Part shown: positions 19,600-29,643 of the stretch, in pieces
How the letters are laid out: every line of letters starts with the position of its first letter
How positions within the stretch are numbered: position 1 is the first letter of the stretch
Assembly (NCBI GenBank): GCA_964580935.1
Contig: CAZOLG010000002.1
Location: 259,627-323,626 of the forward strand
DNA from: an uncultured Methanomassiliicoccales archaeon
Lineage (GTDB): Archaea > Thermoplasmatota > Thermoplasmata > Methanomassiliicoccales > CAZOLG01
Direction: 5' to 3'
DNA length: 64,000 nucleotides
Notes under the pieces: model-generated
Seen by the model: only the letters and a program-made list of their open reading frames with translations
What the model was told of the DNA's origin: nothing
Databases searched by the model: none
Position numbers and translations under genes: made by a program

Positions 19600-20546
19600 A
19601 AGGAACTAACGTGGCAGTAATAGGGGTTGGCTACTGGGGGAAGAAAATCGTGGACGAATACTCTCGTCTATCAGAAGTCAATATAGTGGCAGTATCAGAC
19701 ATCTCTGACAAGAATCTAAAGTTCTGCAGAGACCGCTATGGGGTAGAAAGACTAGAGAAAGATTACGAGAACATATTGAACGACGATAGCATATCCGCGG
19801 TCAATGTCTGTCTACCCAACGAGTTGCACTATCCGGTGTGCAAAGCGGCCTTGGAGGGGGGTAAACACGTCCTGGTGGAAAAGCCGATGACCCTGTCCTC
19901 CCAGAAGGGCTGGGAGTTGGTGAGAATGGCTGAAGAGAGGGAATTGACTCTTTCAGTAGGGCACATATACCGATTCAACAACGCTCTTTCAGAGATCAGA
20001 CGGCTCATCTCCCGGGGGTTCTTCGGGAAGATATTCCTGATGAATTTCGCATGGAAGAATCTGGAGCCCATTTACGAAGATAGGGATGTCATTGTTGACC
20101 TCGCCCCCCATTACTTCGACATAATCAACTACCTTCTCAATGACTGGCCCTCCCATATCACCTGCAGGGCTCGGCCTTTCCGCAGAGAAGAGGGAGAGGA
20201 AACAGCATTCATCGTTTCCGATATGAAGAACGGTGTAATGGTTAATGCCGATCTCAGCTGGCTCTCCCCGAATAAGATACGGCAGATAGAGATCAATGGA
20301 GAAAACAGATCTGTGGTAATCGATGCCGTAGGTCAGGAAGTTACCGTGTTCGAGAGTGGTTACACGTATAACCTGGGAGTGAGAAGGAATAACACCATCA
20401 AATCTGAACTGTCCCACTTCTTGAACTCGATCTCCAATCCGGTTCTGGAGACGAAGAACAGCGGTGTTGTCGGAGTGAAAACAGTGGAGATGATTGAGAG
20501 GGCAAAAGAGTCTCTTGAAAGAGAGGCCACGGTAAGCATCGGGTGA
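19596..20546 (+). CDS. Gfo/Idh/MocA oxidoreductase (second WbpB-like copy)
   Basis: VAVIGVGYWG, HVLVEKP, DLAPH. In an operon with the acetyltransferase and aminotransferase. Confidence 0.88.
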   Translation: MKGTNVAVIGVGYWGKKIVDEYSRLSEVNIVAVSDISDKNLKFCRDRYGVERLEKDYENILNDDSISAVNVCLPNELHYPVCKAALEGGKHVLVEKPMTLSSQKGWELVRMAEERELTLSVGHIYRFNNALSEIRRLISRGFFGKIFLMNFAWKNLEPIYEDRDVIVDLAPHYFDIINYLLNDWPSHITCRARPFRREEGEETAFIVSDMKNGVMVNADLSWLSPNKIRQIEINGENRSVVIDAVGQEVTVFESGYTYNLGVRRNNTIKSELSHFLNSISNPVLETKNSGVVGVKTVEMIERAKESLEREATVSIG

Positions 20547-20558
20547 GAAGGTGGTGAC

Positions 20559-21665
20559 TTGAGAAAGAGGGTCCTGATGCTTCTGGCCGACGAGTACCGG
20601 CCAGATCCTAGGGTGATGAAGGAGGCCCGCGCACTTTCTGAAGAGGGCTATAGGGTGACCATCATCTCATGGGACCGGAGCCATTCCCAACGTTCGATTG
20701 TGGACAGAGAAGAGGGCCAAGTTCTCTCTGTCAGAACTGGTGCAGTTAGAGGATTCGTCTCCCTGCTATTGAATCTTCCGTCCTACATCTGGAAATGCAT
20801 TCGAGAGGGACTTAGACAGGAGATGGACGTCGTTCATGCCCATGATTTGGACACCTTATTTGCGGGTGTCATTATTACTGTACTGAGGAGGGTACCGCTG
20901 GTCTATGATGCTCATGAACACTACGCTGCCATGGTGGCACAGCGCGTCCCTCCGTTTGCCACAAGAGTATTGGACTGGATCGAAGAGAGTCTGATGAGCA
21001 AGGTGGATGTGTTGATAGCAGCCAACGAAGAGATACTCAACTACCTACTCCCCAGTACCATAGGTCCCTCGATAGTAGTGATGAACACTATAGATACTCT
21101 GGATTTTGCAGAGAACGAGGATAATGATGAGGGGATTACGCTATTCTATGCGGGATCTCTGGAAGGCAGTCGTTACGTGAAAGAGGTAATCGAGTTCGTA
21201 GAAGAGATGGACAACATATCTTTCTGGGTGGCAGGAGAAGGGCCGTTGGTGCCCTTTGTGAAAAAGAAGTCAGAAAGGATAGAGAAAATTAAGTTCATGG
21301 GATATCTGCCCCATCGAGAAATGTTGAAGAGAATGGCCTCTTCGGATGCCGTGGTGGCTTTGATGAACCCTTCAAATGAGAACAATCGGATCGGAACACC
21401 GAACAAGATGTTCGAGGCGATGGCCCTTGGCGTACTGGTAATGGCATCAAAGGGGACCTTAAGTGGTGAGATCGTGGAGAGAGAAGGATGCGGAATTACC
21501 TTGGAATGGAGTAACGAGAACTTCGAAACTGCGCTGGAGAGTATCAGGGATCCAGATGTTAGAAGAAAGATGGGCGAAAACGGAAGAGTTGCCGTCGAAT
21601 CAGAATACAGCTGGTCAAAAATGAGGGGGAGACTCATAACTGCCTATTCAGAATTGCTCCGCTAA
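20559..21665 (+). CDS. GT4 glycosyltransferase
   Basis: DPRVMKEA, HAHDLD, YDAHEHY, PNKMFEAMA.G. Confidence 0.9.
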   Translation: MRKRVLMLLADEYRPDPRVMKEARALSEEGYRVTIISWDRSHSQRSIVDREEGQVLSVRTGAVRGFVSLLLNLPSYIWKCIREGLRQEMDVVHAHDLDTLFAGVIITVLRRVPLVYDAHEHYAAMVAQRVPPFATRVLDWIEESLMSKVDVLIAANEEILNYLLPSTIGPSIVVMNTIDTLDFAENEDNDEGITLFYAGSLEGSRYVKEVIEFVEEMDNISFWVAGEGPLVPFVKKKSERIEKIKFMGYLPHREMLKRMASSDAVVALMNPSNENNRIGTPNKMFEAMALGVLVMASKGTLSGEIVEREGCGITLEWSNENFETALESIRDPDVRRKMGENGRVAVESEYSWSKMRGRLITAYSELLR

Positions 21666-21801
21666 GTGTCAGCCTTTCTTCTCCTCACCTTGCAACCCGT
21701 TTTCCCAGATCTGGGAATCCCACAAACGAGTATTGCAGTCGGTAATTTAAATAGTGTCGACCCCATATGTCAGTCAGTAGCCTGATATGGATAAGAGAAT
21801 C

Positions 21802-21915
21802 TTTATATATTCAACTTAACATATTAGAAACTGTCCGACAAATGTCGGACTTGGATGGGATGCGAGAGAATGGTCCTTTACGTGGGCCCATTTTTCGCGT
21901 CAATAAGGGAGACGC
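21802..21915 (+). promoter_or_regulatory. smc promoter and structured 5' leader with a perfect inverted repeat
   Basis: TTTATATA at 21802. GTCCGACA-aa-TGTCGGAC at 21833-21850. Further stems at 21862-21898 and 21897-21915. Confidence 0.5.
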
Positions 21916-21918
21916 TAG

Positions 21919-24900
21919 ATGTACCTCAAACAGATTGAACTAGAGAATTTCAAATCCTTTGGCAAGAAACTAAGTATTCCACTTCTCGAAGGGTTCACAG
22001 TTGTCACTGGCCCGAATGGATCAGGGAAATCGAATATTTCAGATGCCATACTCTTCGTACTGGGACCCAGCAGTTCAAGAGCTATTAGAGCTGGAAGACT
22101 GACAGATTTGATATTCAACGGAGGAAAGTCCAAGAGCCCAGCGTCATACACCAAAGTCTCCCTTGTCTTTGATAATGAGGACAGAATGATTCCCCTGGAC
22201 AAGGACACAGTGAAGCTGACAAGGTTGGTCAAGCTTTCAGACAACGAGACAGGGTACAACTCATATTTCTACGTCGACGGAAGGAAGTCCACATTGAGGG
22301 AATTCGATTCTCTCCTGTCCAATTCCAGGATAAGCGCAGATGGTTATAATCTCGTTCAGCAGGGAGACGTAACAAACATCGTCGAAATGACCGACCTAGA
22401 GCGGAGGAAGATACTGGACGATATATCTGGGATATCGAAATTCGATGAGGATATTGAAGATGCAGAAGAAGAGAGGGAGGAGGCAGAAGACAACATTGAG
22501 AGAATTTCGATCATTTTGGATGAGCTAGAAAAGCAGATTGAACAGCTCAAAGAGGAGAAGGAGACCACTTCGAGATACCTCGAATTGAAGGAACAGCTCA
22601 ACGTGTCAAAGGCACAGATGGCTCACAAGAAGAGGGAGAGTATCAAGAGAGAGATTCAGGCCATCAAAGAGCAGATAGAAGACCAGGAAGAAGAGATAAA
22701 CAGACTGAAGGAGAGAAAGAAGGAAATCCTGGTGAAGATAGAAGAGGTCAGAACCAAAATTGAGGAAGCGGAACAGGAGATCGAGGATAAGGGCGGGGAG
22801 GAGTTCAGAGAGCTGAAAGAGAAGATCGATGAAACAAGGATAGAATTGGCAAGGGCACAGGATGCAAGAGAAAGGGCCCTGGACGAGATCGACGAGATAG
22901 AATCTGCCCTGGAGAAGAGGGGCAAAGAGAAAGAGGAACTGAAATCGAAGTTAGAATCACTTACACAGCAGTTAGAGGAGACCAACTCTCTCCACGAGGA
23001 GAAATCGGCCGTATTGCAGGAGAAAAATGAGAGGATAGAGAAGATACAGGAGAAAATGCGGAGTTGCGATGACGAGTTGGAGGAGTTAGAAAAGAAGAAA
23101 TTAGAATTGGATGAGGGATTGGGGAACAAGAAAGAGGAAACTCATGATCTCAAACTCAAGATAGAGAGGCTGGAGGATAAGAAGGAGAGACTGGAGACCA
23201 ACATTGCCTATATCGAAGAAAAGATAAAGAACAATAAATTCGAGATCAACGACCTAGATTGGAATATTAAGGATATTAAGAAGAGGGCCAAAAATTCTTC
23301 ACAGAAAATCAAAGAGGTTCAGGAGGAACTGCACGAGAAGAAGAACTTGGAGGACAAGTTGAGTCGCCAGGCCGAGGAATTAGAACAGGCGGTAAAGCGC
23401 CTGACCAGGAAGTACAACCACCTGAAAGCGGAAAAGGAAGCGGCAGAGAACATCGCCAGAGGATACACTCAATCAGTCCGGGCAGTTTTGGAAGCCAGAG
23501 ATAGAGGCCAGATTAGGGGGATTCATGGTACTATCGCTGAGCTGGCCCAGGTAGAAGAAGAGTACGAAGTGGCACTGAACACAGCAGCAGGAGGCAGAAT
23601 GCAGTCCATCGTGGTGGAAGACGATGAGGTGGCAGCTACCGCGATAAACTTCCTCAAGAAGAACGATCTGGGCAGAGCTACCTTTTTGCCCTTGAACAAG
23701 ATGAAGGCTAGAAGACCGAGGGCCAAAGCCATTAGAGCTGTCAAGAAGACCATTGGCTACGCCATTGACCTCATCCATTTCGACGAGAAATACAAAGGGG
23801 CTTTCTCCTACGTGTTCGGCGATACCATTGTGGTGAAGACACTCAACAAGGCCAGAGAGTTGATGGGAGGAGTACGTTTAGTAACTCTAGATGGTGACCT
23901 CATCGAGGCTTCAGGAGCCATGGTGGGCGGCACTTCTTACACTGGAAACCTGAAGTTTGGCAGCTCCTCTAAAGGGAAACTGGAGGAGGTAGGTAAGGAA
24001 CTTCAGGAGGCGATCGAGCAGTCTGATGTCGTCTCCGAGAAACTAAAGAAGGTCAGAGATGAGATGACCGAACTCGAGAACAAGCTCAGAGAACTCAAAT
24101 CCGTGGGCAGTAACAAGGAAGAGAATCTGGAATCACTGAACTCCAAGAAAGAGGAGCTCAAGAATGAGCTCAATAAACTCAAAGAGGATAAAAAGGAAAA
24201 GGTGTCCGAAGCTCAGCAGATCGATAATACTCTCGAAGGACTCTCCGAAAAATTGTCTCAAACGGATACCGAGATTCAGGAGTTGGAGGAGAAACGAGAG
24301 GACATCAGGGATAGGATCATGGAACTGGCCCCCAAGAACTTATCCAGTGAATTGAAGGATCTGCAACATGAAACACACGAACTCACGAATACAGTTTCTG
24401 AATTGAAGAAGCAGAGAGAGAGCCTTGAAACTCAGATCTCATTGACCAAGGAAAGACTTGAGGAGATGATCTCCCTTGAGAAGGAAGCCGAAAATAAGAC
24501 ACAGGAGCTGGAATCAGAGGCTTCTGACTGTCAACAGAAGGAATCAGAGCTAAGAAAGGAACTGAAAGGTCTTAGGAAGCTGGAGGACTCACTGGGGGAT
24601 GAGATGAAGGCTCTGAGAGAGAAGAGAGATAAACTGTTCAAAGAAGAGACTTCATTGGAAGCAGAGGAGGATAAGGTCGAAGAGAAGATCGAGACTTCTA
24701 AGGACTTCTCAATAGGTCTGGAGACGAAACTATCCACCGCTGAAGATGATTTAGAGGAAATCAACGAAGAGATAGAGTCTTACGAGGTAGAGGTGGAGTA
24801 TCCTCTACCCAAGCTGGAGGAGCTCAAGAAAAGGATTAGAGAACAGGAGGATGCTATTTCCTCCATGGGCGCTGTTAACTTGAGGGCAATTGACGATTAC

Positions 24901-25515
24901 GAGCAGAAGAAGGAGAGGTACACGAATCTTCAGGAAGAGACAGGAAGGCTGGAAGAACAGAAGAAGGAGTTGCTGTCTCTGATGAAAAAGCTCAATGAGA
25001 AGAAGAAGACCGCGTTCTTCGAGGTATTTGAGGCGGTCAATGAAAACTTCGTGAGGATCTACTCCGATCTGTCCGGAGGAGGGGAGGCCAAATTGCAGCT
25101 CGAATATCCTAAGGAACCATTCGATGGGGGGCTGATTATCAAGGCCAAACCGAAGGCGGGGAAGACGCTCCGACTGCAGGCTCTCAGTGGAGGGGAGAAA
25201 AGCCTCACCGCCCTGTCTTTGATATTCGCCATTCAGGAATACCTACCCTCTCCGTTCTACCTACTGGATGAAGTTGACATGTTCCTGGACGCTGTGAATG
25301 CCGATATGGTGGCCAGGAGGATCAAGAAGGCCTCCCAGAGGGCACAATTCGTGTTGATAACCCTGAGGAAGGTCACTATGAACAAGGCCGACCACATGAT
25401 AGGGGTGACCATGAAGGATAACGGGGTGAGCAAGATCGTAATGAAGCCTGATATGTCTGAGGAACTATCAGACATCAACTTGCCGGAAGAGGCGGCCGAG
25501 GAGGGTGCCTCATGA
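21919..25515 (+). CDS. smc: Chromosome segregation protein SMC
   Basis: ENFKSF, Walker A GPNGSGKSN, coiled coils, hinge GRATFLPL, LSGGEKS, LLDEVD. Confidence 0.98.
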   Translation: MYLKQIELENFKSFGKKLSIPLLEGFTVVTGPNGSGKSNISDAILFVLGPSSSRAIRAGRLTDLIFNGGKSKSPASYTKVSLVFDNEDRMIPLDKDTVKLTRLVKLSDNETGYNSYFYVDGRKSTLREFDSLLSNSRISADGYNLVQQGDVTNIVEMTDLERRKILDDISGISKFDEDIEDAEEEREEAEDNIERISIILDELEKQIEQLKEEKETTSRYLELKEQLNVSKAQMAHKKRESIKREIQAIKEQIEDQEEEINRLKERKKEILVKIEEVRTKIEEAEQEIEDKGGEEFRELKEKIDETRIELARAQDARERALDEIDEIESALEKRGKEKEELKSKLESLTQQLEETNSLHEEKSAVLQEKNERIEKIQEKMRSCDDELEELEKKKLELDEGLGNKKEETHDLKLKIERLEDKKERLETNIAYIEEKIKNNKFEINDLDWNIKDIKKRAKNSSQKIKEVQEELHEKKNLEDKLSRQAEELEQAVKRLTRKYNHLKAEKEAAENIARGYTQSVRAVLEARDRGQIRGIHGTIAELAQVEEEYEVALNTAAGGRMQSIVVEDDEVAATAINFLKKNDLGRATFLPLNKMKARRPRAKAIRAVKKTIGYAIDLIHFDEKYKGAFSYVFGDTIVVKTLNKARELMGGVRLVTLDGDLIEASGAMVGGTSYTGNLKFGSSSKGKLEEVGKELQEAIEQSDVVSEKLKKVRDEMTELENKLRELKSVGSNKEENLESLNSKKEELKNELNKLKEDKKEKVSEAQQIDNTLEGLSEKLSQTDTEIQELEEKREDIRDRIMELAPKNLSSELKDLQHETHELTNTVSELKKQRESLETQISLTKERLEEMISLEKEAENKTQELESEASDCQQKESELRKELKGLRKLEDSLGDEMKALREKRDKLFKEETSLEAEEDKVEEKIETSKDFSIGLETKLSTAEDDLEEINEEIESYEVEVEYPLPKLEELKKRIREQEDAISSMGAVNLRAIDDYEQKKERYTNLQEETGRLEEQKKELLSLMKKLNEKKKTAFFEVFEAVNENFVRIYSDLSGGGEAKLQLEYPKEPFDGGLIIKAKPKAGKTLRLQALSGGEKSLTALSLIFAIQEYLPSPFYLLDEVDMFLDAVNADMVARRIKKASQRAQFVLITLRKVTMNKADHMIGVTMKDNGVSKIVMKPDMSEELSDINLPEEAAEEGAS

Positions 25516-26432
25516 TTTCAGACAAGAGCAATCAGGCCGTTCTGGAACACCTGCTGTTCCATAAGGCGATTATCCATGAGGAGGACAGAGCCCAGAAGAT
25601 CGATCAGTACCTCCACATGCTGAGGGAGGCGGATGAAGTAGGAAACTTCTCATCCAGCGAACCCTTGGATAGGTCGATTGAGATCATATTTGAACTGGTA
25701 CTCTCAGAGAGTTTCGACCCCTGGGAGATTGACCTGATGGAGTTCACCAGGTTGTACTATCAGAGGATGAAGAGTGAGGATGTTAATTTCATAGTGGCAG
25801 GGAGGCTTCTTTTCATGGCGTGGAGCATACTCAGGATGCAGAGTGAAGATGTGTTGGAGTCCCAGGAAAGGGAGGAGAGGGGGGAACCGTTCTTCTCCGA
25901 ATGGGACTTCGAGAGTATGGATGAATTCTGGCCAGAAGAGGAGGACCAGGAACTGCCATTTGTAGAGGAGATCGTAGACGAACCTTTGCCCCTGAACGAG
26001 GTGATAAGGAGGAAGAAACCCCGTCCCGTGTCGCTGGTAGAGCTCCTTGATGCCTTTGAAGATGCCAAGGTGGAGGCAGAGAGGAATATACAGAGAAGTG
26101 GGGGAAGGGAACAGGAAGAGGAAGAGGAGGAATTCGACGAGAAGGCCCACGCGGAGGAACTGGAAAAGGACGTGGAGAAGATATGGGAGCGTATCCAGAA
26201 GTGTGGGAGTGGTCCGCTCACCATCACCGACATCCGCAAAGGTGGGAAAGAAGACTTCATCACCATTTTCGTCTCATTACTATTTTTGACCAGAAAGAGC
26301 AAGATATCTATCTGGCAGGACGACCTTCCCTACGGGAAGATCTTCTTCGAGGTGAACCTACCCTGGGATATCGGTACTCTGGAAGATGTGGAGAAGGAGA
26401 AAGTGGAGTCATCGAAGAGGGGGGCGATATGA
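25512..26432 (+). CDS. scpA: Kleisin ScpA
   Basis: DPWEIDL, RPVSLVELL.A, FVSLLFL..I.IWQ...YG.I. Overlaps the smc stop. Confidence 0.88.
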   Translation: MISDKSNQAVLEHLLFHKAIIHEEDRAQKIDQYLHMLREADEVGNFSSSEPLDRSIEIIFELVLSESFDPWEIDLMEFTRLYYQRMKSEDVNFIVAGRLLFMAWSILRMQSEDVLESQEREERGEPFFSEWDFESMDEFWPEEEDQELPFVEEIVDEPLPLNEVIRRKKPRPVSLVELLDAFEDAKVEAERNIQRSGGREQEEEEEEFDEKAHAEELEKDVEKIWERIQKCGSGPLTITDIRKGGKEDFITIFVSLLFLTRKSKISIWQDDLPYGKIFFEVNLPWDIGTLEDVEKEKVESSKRGAI

Positions 26433-26930
26433 TTGGATTCAGTCAGAATCGTGGAAGCGGTACTCTTTTCCTCTCCTCAGCCGCTGAGAGTGGCTGAGAT
26501 TGCAGATGAGGTGGACCTATCCAGAAGCGCGGTCAGGAGAGCCATCAAGAAGTTAAAGGAGGAGCTGGAGGAGAGGGGATCCGCCATTGAAGTGTTCAAA
26601 ACGGGCCCGGCCTATTCTCTTCAGCTCAGGGAAAAGTATACGGACTGCGGTAGACCGTTCGCAGAGAAGGAAGTACCCGAAGACGTACTCAAGACGGCGG
26701 CCATGATCGCCTATCATCAACCCATCTTACAGAGCGACTTGGCAAAGATGCTCGGCAGTAAGGTATACGACCATGTGCGCACCCTGAATTCCATGGGGCT
26801 GATCTACGTGAGGAAGAAGGGTCAGACTCTCAAGCTTGCCACCACCAAGAAGTTCTCAGAGTATTTCGGAATCGAGAGCACAAAGAAGGAAGACATCAAG
26901 AGATGGATGGAGTCCAGAATTAAAGGGTGA
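26433..26930 (+). CDS. scpB: Kite subunit ScpB
   Basis: VEAVLFSS, AMIAYHQPI, YDHVRTL, TTKKFSEYFG. Confidence 0.93.
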   Translation: MDSVRIVEAVLFSSPQPLRVAEIADEVDLSRSAVRRAIKKLKEELEERGSAIEVFKTGPAYSLQLREKYTDCGRPFAEKEVPEDVLKTAAMIAYHQPILQSDLAKMLGSKVYDHVRTLNSMGLIYVRKKGQTLKLATTKKFSEYFGIESTKKEDIKRWMESRIKG

Positions 26931-26935
26931 GGAAA

Positions 26936-27961
26936 TCAGGTCACCTGCGATATGTAGATGGCAATAATCAATATTACTAGGAATATCGACCACAGGATGA
27001 TTGCCAGTCTGGTCGATTTTTTAGCCTTGTCCGCCTCCCACCAGGTACGAGGCCTCACGCCCTGGACCAGGAAGGTGATTACTCCTGAGAGGTTAATACA
27101 TATGAAGTTGACGAAAAAGAGCATGAGGGCCGCTATGCTGGCCTCGGTGGACCCCGATCCGAGTAACAGGCCGAAGCTGACCAGGGGGGGAAGCAGAGCT
27201 ACAGCCACCATTACGCCCACCAGAGCGGTGGCCATTCCCAGCGTTACAGACAGCACTCCAGCACTACCAGATGCCAGAGCCAGTATAACATCACCCATAC
27301 CCACTTGAGTTCTCAGAGAGACTTCATGGACTGCAGGATCCACCTCGACCATAAGACCCATGGCAATGGACAGGACAGCGGTGAGTATCACGCTGACCAG
27401 GATGGCTTTGCTGGCTTTCCTTGCCAGCTTGAAATCGGCCAGAGTGGTGGAGAGGGAAAGAGCAGTATTGGGCCCCAGCAGCGGAGCGATCACCATTGAA
27501 CCGATGATCACCGCCGCATTATTCTGAGAAAGGCCGATGGCAGCTACCACGGAAGAGAGTATGACCAGAAACACGAATGTCCATGAAGAGTCGGCCATCT
27601 CTTTGAGATCCTGTCGCAGTTCCTCCCTGCCGATCTTCAGTTTCCACTCCCCTTTCTTGTCTTCTTTCTCTTCCTCCTCCTCTTCCTCTTTCGGCTCTGC
27701 CTCTTCTTTTTCCTCTATCTGAGGAAGTACTGATTCAACGGGCATTGTAATAATTCTGAATCCCTCTTTCCAGCCCAGAGTGGCCTCCAGGTCGTCAATA
27801 ATCGGTTGCTGATTCTCCGCCCTCACCAATATCTTAATATTTGTCTTCTCATCTGAGACCTCATCTTCCCACATCTCCAGATACTCGTGTTCCTTCACGA
27901 TTTCAGGTATGCGGTGGCTCCTTACGTTGGGCACCACGATTTCAATCAGTCTGAGGGGCAT
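26936..27961 (-). CDS. TIGR00341/DUF389 family membrane protein
   Basis: IIGSMVIAPLLGP, GVMVAVALLPP, NFICINL, multiple TM helices. Confidence 0.88.
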   Translation of the reverse strand: MPLRLIEIVVPNVRSHRIPEIVKEHEYLEMWEDEVSDEKTNIKILVRAENQQPIIDDLEATLGWKEGFRIITMPVESVLPQIEEKEEAEPKEEEEEEEKEDKKGEWKLKIGREELRQDLKEMADSSWTFVFLVILSSVVAAIGLSQNNAAVIIGSMVIAPLLGPNTALSLSTTLADFKLARKASKAILVSVILTAVLSIAMGLMVEVDPAVHEVSLRTQVGMGDVILALASGSAGVLSVTLGMATALVGVMVAVALLPPLVSFGLLLGSGSTEASIAALMLFFVNFICINLSGVITFLVQGVRPRTWWEADKAKKSTRLAIILWSIFLVILIIAIYISQVT

Positions 27962-28233
27962 TTCATTTCACCGCTGGAGGCTGGACCCTGGACAATCCGT
28001 GTCTATCGTTCACAACGTATATGTTCGTTCATGGAGAGACTACGGGCTATGGCCACTGCTTAATAACGTATCTAGAAGTAATATATTTTCTTCAGGATGA
28101 CTCAGAGCCGCGAAGATGAAGGTAGTGTCTGCTTTAGTTCCTTTCTGGGCAGAATGGGAGTATTCCTGCTGATTGGAGGTAATCTTAAGGAAAGGTTTAA
28201 ATTCAGCACCCTTATTCTTTGAAAAGTGATAAC

Positions 28234-28449
28234 ATGGTGATGCCCCTGGCGTTACTCGAAAAATCCGTCAACCAGAAGATCTCCCTCCTACTGAAGGACA
28301 ACAGGATACTAGAAGGGAAGCTGGTTGGATATGACGATTACATGAACATGGTTCTTGAGGATACAGAGGAAAGGACGGCCGAACAAACTCGAAGACTGGG
28401 CAGAGTGGTGCTGAGAGGTAACAACGTAGTTAGCATCTCTCCCCTATGA
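28234..28449 (+). CDS. Sm-like (Lsm/SmAP) RNA-binding protein
   Basis: Sm1 G.L.GYDDYMNMVL and Sm2 VVLRGNNV. Confidence 0.93.
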   Translation: MVMPLALLEKSVNQKISLLLKDNRILEGKLVGYDDYMNMVLEDTEERTAEQTRRLGRVVLRGNNVVSISPL

Positions 28450-28509
28450 GGGTCTATCTGAAACGGGATGCCCTTTTCACCTGGTTCTGAGTAATTAGAG
28501 GTCTGCTGG

Positions 28510-29496
28510 ATGAAGGCTGCAATTCTGGCTGGAGGATTTGGTACAAGATTGAGGCCAGTAACATACTCTGTCCCCAAACCATTGATCCCTCTGTTGGGGA
28601 GGCCACTTATAATTCATATCATCGAGTCCCTACCCCAGAGTGTCGATGAGGTCATACTGGCAGTGAACTATATGAAGGACGAGCTGGAGGGGTATTTCGG
28701 GGGCAGCGACATTGAAAGAGAGGTCATATTGGTCGAAGAGGATGAACCTCTCGGTACCGGCGGAGCTCTAAAGAATCTGCGTGACCATCTCGATGAACGA
28801 TTTTTGGCATTCAATGGAGACATTATTTCCTCACTTGATATCGAATCTTTGGTGAGTTTTCACGACCGTTCTGGAGGGATCGGAACGCTTTCTCTATGGC
28901 AGGTCGAGGATCCCACCTCCTTTGGAGTGGTGGAAACAGATAGCGAGGGAAGGATTCTTAGTTTTCAGGAGAAGCCAGATATAGAGGAGGCAGAATCTGA
29001 CCTGATAAATGCGGGAGTATACGTCTTTGAGCCTGACATCCTGGACCATATAGGTGAGGGTAAGGTTAGCATGGAGAGAGAAGTGTTTCCCGAAGTCCTG
29101 GACAATGGCCTGTTCGGATTCGATTTTGAAGGGTACTGGATTGATTGTGGTACCAGAGAGAACTTTCTTAAAGCTCAGAGAACACTTCTGGGATTCCGTG
29201 CCCCGAACGAGGGAGTGGAAACGGATGGATCAGTGAAATTCAATGCACCAAACTATCTTCGAAACATTCGGGCTACTGATTGTTCTATCGGCCCTCATGT
29301 GGGTGCTGAAGGAACGATATTTAGGAGCGGTTGTACGGTCTCAAACAGCATATTTCTTGAGGGGGCGGAGGTGCAAGAGAATGCCCGAGTCTTTGACTCA
29401 ATAGTGGGGCCCAATACAGCAGTAGAAAGGGGGAGGACCGTCAAAGGAACTATAGTCCAGGGGAATAGAACCCACGACCTGAATGATGATAAATGA
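28510..29496 (+). CDS. NDP-sugar synthase (sugar-1-phosphate nucleotidyltransferase, GMP-like)
   Basis: ILAGGFGTRLRP.T..PKPL, EPLGTGG, NGD, FQEKP, INAGVY, WIDCG. Confidence 0.9.
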   Translation: MKAAILAGGFGTRLRPVTYSVPKPLIPLLGRPLIIHIIESLPQSVDEVILAVNYMKDELEGYFGGSDIEREVILVEEDEPLGTGGALKNLRDHLDERFLAFNGDIISSLDIESLVSFHDRSGGIGTLSLWQVEDPTSFGVVETDSEGRILSFQEKPDIEEAESDLINAGVYVFEPDILDHIGEGKVSMEREVFPEVLDNGLFGFDFEGYWIDCGTRENFLKAQRTLLGFRAPNEGVETDGSVKFNAPNYLRNIRATDCSIGPHVGAEGTIFRSGCTVSNSIFLEGAEVQENARVFDSIVGPNTAVERGRTVKGTIVQGNRTHDLNDDK

Positions 29497-29643
29497 GGGC
29501 AGACGAGGGTCAGAAACACTTGGCTGAACGGGGCACAATTGATTTTGGTTTAGCAGATGATTTATTTGATGAGTTGCATTTAGACTCTACTTGATGAGAT
29601 CTGCTGACCTCAATGTTCCAGAGCTCATAAGGGAGGCCGCTAC

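Noticed and set aside
22450-25000. Low-complexity GAA/GAG periodicity
   Set aside because: Explained by the Glu/Lys-rich SMC coiled coils; it is not a DNA repeat.
28449-28510. rpl37e after the Lsm gene (a common archaeal linkage)
   Set aside because: The 60-nt gap cannot hold it and no zinc-finger ORF is present.
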